Source of the DNA: an uncultured bacterium | GTDB taxonomy: Bacteria; Omnitrophota; Omnitrophia; Omnitrophales; Aquincolibacteriaceae | DNA length: 61,009 nt | Direction: 5' to 3' | Assembly: GCA_964482725.1 (NCBI GenBank) | Contig: CAYZYT010000014.1 | Coordinates: 1 to 61,009, forward strand | Part shown: positions 55,101 to 56,036 of the stretch, piece by piece | How positions within the stretch are numbered: the stretch's first letter is position 1 | How the letters are laid out: every line of letters starts with the position of its first letter | Notes under the pieces: generated by a model | Databases searched by the model: none | Told to the model about the DNA's origin: nothing | What the model saw: the letters and a program-made list of their open reading frames with translations, nothing else | Translations under genes and position numbers: made by a program

Positions 55101-55759
55101 GCCGTGAGCTTGCGGTTGCTGAAAACGGTCCGGTAAGCTTCGCGGCCTTCTCTGTATTCTTTCGAATTTTCGACGCCCCAACCTTCGGCTGAGGATATCG
55201 GATGGAGGATGGAGGATGACGTTTTGGCTTTTACGCCCTCCGCCCTCCGCCCTCCGCCCTCCTGATTTATAAGAAACGCTTCGACGCCCGTGAGCTCTCC
55301 GGCCTGCATAAGCTTGCCGTTTACAAGCTTCTGGAGTGCGGCGTCCCTGGGGAAAAAATTAAAAAGTTCTGGCTGCAGCTTGTTACCCGCGCCTTCCAAA
55401 AGGATCAGCTTTACACCGTAATTTTTGGAGAGATGTTCGAGGATATTCTTGATGTTTGTTTGCGCGTCATAATTCGCGTGGGCTTCCTGGATGTGAATTA
55501 AAACCTGACCGCCGGATGACGGAGGGAGGATGGCGGAGGGCGTAGAAGCAGGAATGAGGTCGGTGACTTTGCCGAGCTCCGCGGGGATCTTGAAGGAAGA
55601 GACAAGTGACGGGAGCTCCGCGTTTGCAGCCTGAGCGATCGGGGCAGGAGAAAGCGTGTTGGTCACAAAGAAAGTGACGATAATAATACTCGAAAAAAAT
55701 CGCTGTAATCGCTTGAGGCGGCTCATGAAATGAATGTTTTCCCTTTCGGAATTATTCAT
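31106..55759 (-). CDS. Giant 8,217-aa membrane-anchored multi-enzyme protein, with modules separated by R-[S/A]-E-x-R junctions
   Basis: This is a single uninterrupted ORF of 24,654 nt, and all the domain signatures listed below lie in this one frame. An alternative start at M12 (55726) gives a signal-peptide-like N-terminus: [35 protein letters not shown]. Confidence 0.9.
   Translation of the reverse strand: [8217 protein letters not shown]
31109..31870 (-). other. Giant protein aa 7964-8217: C-terminal module, possibly related to the C-terminal half of 56037..58250
   Basis: Weak collinearity: [35 protein letters not shown] compared with AMLVSSAGILARMLSEEKTARLLQEAVGEGAIVALAQD. Confidence 0.25.
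34160..36334 (-). other. Giant protein aa 6476-7200: GT35 alpha-glucan phosphorylase-like module
   Basis: [107 protein letters not shown]. Confidence 0.6.
36755..37507 (-). other. Giant protein aa 6085-6335: protein-kinase-like module (atypical)
   Basis: QVFVLKIY (beta3 Lys), [15 protein letters not shown] (hinge), [13 protein letters not shown] (catalytic loop without HR), VVLIDY (in place of DFG). Confidence 0.5.
38108..39562 (-). other. Giant protein aa 5400-5884: UDP-sugar pyrophosphorylase (UDPGP/UAP family) module
   Basis: [79 protein letters not shown]. Confidence 0.7.
39851..40321 (-). other. Giant protein aa 5147-5303: split TM pair enclosing a ~110-aa loop module
   Basis: [23 protein letters not shown] ... 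RSEAR ... [24 protein letters not shown]. Confidence 0.6.
40385..41182 (-). other. Giant protein aa 4860-5125: NDK-like module 2
   Basis: [57 protein letters not shown]. Confidence 0.45.
41510..41668 (-). other. Giant protein aa 4698-4750: TM hairpin 3
   Basis: [23 protein letters not shown] and [23 protein letters not shown]. Confidence 0.7.
43040..43552 (-). other. Giant protein aa 4070-4240: class I SAM-dependent methyltransferase module
   Basis: [46 protein letters not shown]. Confidence 0.75.
44030..44692 (-). other. Giant protein aa 3690-3910: P-loop kinase module (uridine kinase/PRK-like)
   Basis: Walker A [17 protein letters not shown], and LLVDGKYAL. Confidence 0.6.
44810..45457 (-). 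other. Giant protein aa 3435-3650: NadD/cytidylyltransferase-like nucleotidyltransferase module
   Basis: [34 protein letters not shown], a variant of the GxFxPxHxGH motif. Confidence 0.45.
45740..46522 (-). other. Giant protein aa 3080-3340: NDK-like module 1
   Basis: [12 protein letters not shown]..., [27 protein letters not shown]; paralogous to aa 4860-5125. Confidence 0.45.
46640..48214 (-). other. Giant protein aa 2516-3040: GT5 glycogen/starch synthase module
   Basis: [94 protein letters not shown]. Confidence 0.85.
49235..50242 (-). other. Giant protein aa 1840-2175: uroporphyrinogen-decarboxylase (URO-D)/MtaA-like barrel module
   Basis: [80 protein letters not shown]. Confidence 0.55.
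50405..50671 (-). other. Giant protein aa 1697-1785: TM hairpin 2, bracketed by RSEVR and RSEIR
   Basis: [20 protein letters not shown] and [21 protein letters not shown]. Confidence 0.6.
51020..51976 (-). other. Giant protein aa 1262-1580: PHP-domain phosphoesterase module
   Basis: [40 protein letters not shown]; later IAIMPHRN and VFSGVDIN. Confidence 0.6.
52424..52639 (-). other. Giant protein aa 1041-1112: TM hairpin 1, bracketed by RSEMR and RSEVR
   Basis: [22 protein letters not shown] and [16 protein letters not shown]. Confidence 0.7.
53354..53854 (-). repeat. Giant protein aa 636-802: internal tandem duplication (2 x ~78 aa, helical HEAT-like)
   Basis: [47 protein letters not shown] compared with [47 protein letters not shown]. 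Confidence 0.8.
55193..55262. repeat. GGATGG-family palindromic element inserted in-frame in the giant gene (aa 167-190, [24 protein letters not shown])
   Basis: GGATATCGGATGGAGGATGGAGGATGACG-TTTTGGCTTTTAC-GCCCTCCGCCCTCCGCCCTCCGCCCTCC. The paralog lacks these ~24 aa at the aligned position. Confidence 0.8.
55512..55542. repeat. GGATGG-family half-element in the giant gene (aa 73-83, [11 protein letters not shown])
   Basis: CCGGATGACGGAGGGAGGATGGCGGAGGGCG. Confidence 0.55.
55622..55726 (-). other. Giant protein: signal-peptide or signal-anchor segment (aa 12-46)
   Basis: Basic n-region RLKRLQR, hydrophobic [12 protein letters not shown], and an AQA-A site. Confidence 0.6.
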
Positions 55760-55766
55760 GGAAGAT

Positions 55767-55795
55767 TTTATAGAAAGATAACATAGTTTTCTAAA
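55767..55795 (-). promoter_or_regulatory. Promoter candidate for the giant gene
   Basis: On the minus strand: TTTAGA, 17 nt, TATAAA. The -10 ends ~8 nt before the ATG at 55759, which fits better with translation from M12 at 55726. Confidence 0.3.
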
Positions 55796-55929
55796 ATTTC
55801 AAGGGGTTGAAAAAGGATTTATCAAGGTCTGTTAAACGCATTAGAAATAAGGCGCCTATTTGGAGGCATTGCTATAAATTACTATTTTTTAACCGGTTTC
55901 GAGCTTGGGAGAAAATCTGTCGCAAGATA

Positions 55930-55958
55930 TTGATTTTAAAGGGGTTCTGGGCTATATA
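55930..55958 (+). promoter_or_regulatory. Promoter candidate for 56037..58250
   Basis: TTGATT, 17 nt, TATATA. A small hairpin (AGTCC-ACTTC-GGACT) and GGAG lie before the ATG. Confidence 0.4.
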
Positions 55959-56036
55959 TATAGCATAGTCCACTTCGGACTAGGATTCCGAGGCCTGGGC
56001 ATGAAGTAAATGTTTTGACACTCGGAGCAAGTAAAA

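Larger units (their letters stand above)
54080..55582 (-). other. Giant protein aa 60-560: N-terminal module shared with 56037..58250; an erythromycin-esterase/ChaN/TraB/Tiki-like hydrolase fold is suspected
   Basis: [39 protein letters not shown] and [12 protein letters not shown] align with the paralog's TIIQIQDVHAHATAQQNIAALLERLRAVFGIEKVALEGA and IAIVTGGFHTDGL. Confidence 0.4.

Noticed and set aside
31094-55192. Many long plus-strand ORFs inside the giant gene region, for example 38090..40000 (636 aa), 36785..38044 (419 aa), 50900..52156 (418 aa), 31094..31846 and 35231..35983
   Set aside because: All are antisense to the 24.6-kb ORF. Their products are Arg/Pro/Gly/Leu-rich low-complexity sequences with no motif I recognise, and every recognisable domain signature is in the minus-strand frame. 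These are typical shadow ORFs.
31106-55759. The giant gene as an NRPS/PKS assembly line, or as an RTX/Ig/cadherin-type adhesin
   Set aside because: No condensation, adenylation, thiolation or KS/AT/ACP signatures were seen. There are also no long tandem arrays of a single repeat. The modules are mutually unrelated enzyme folds.
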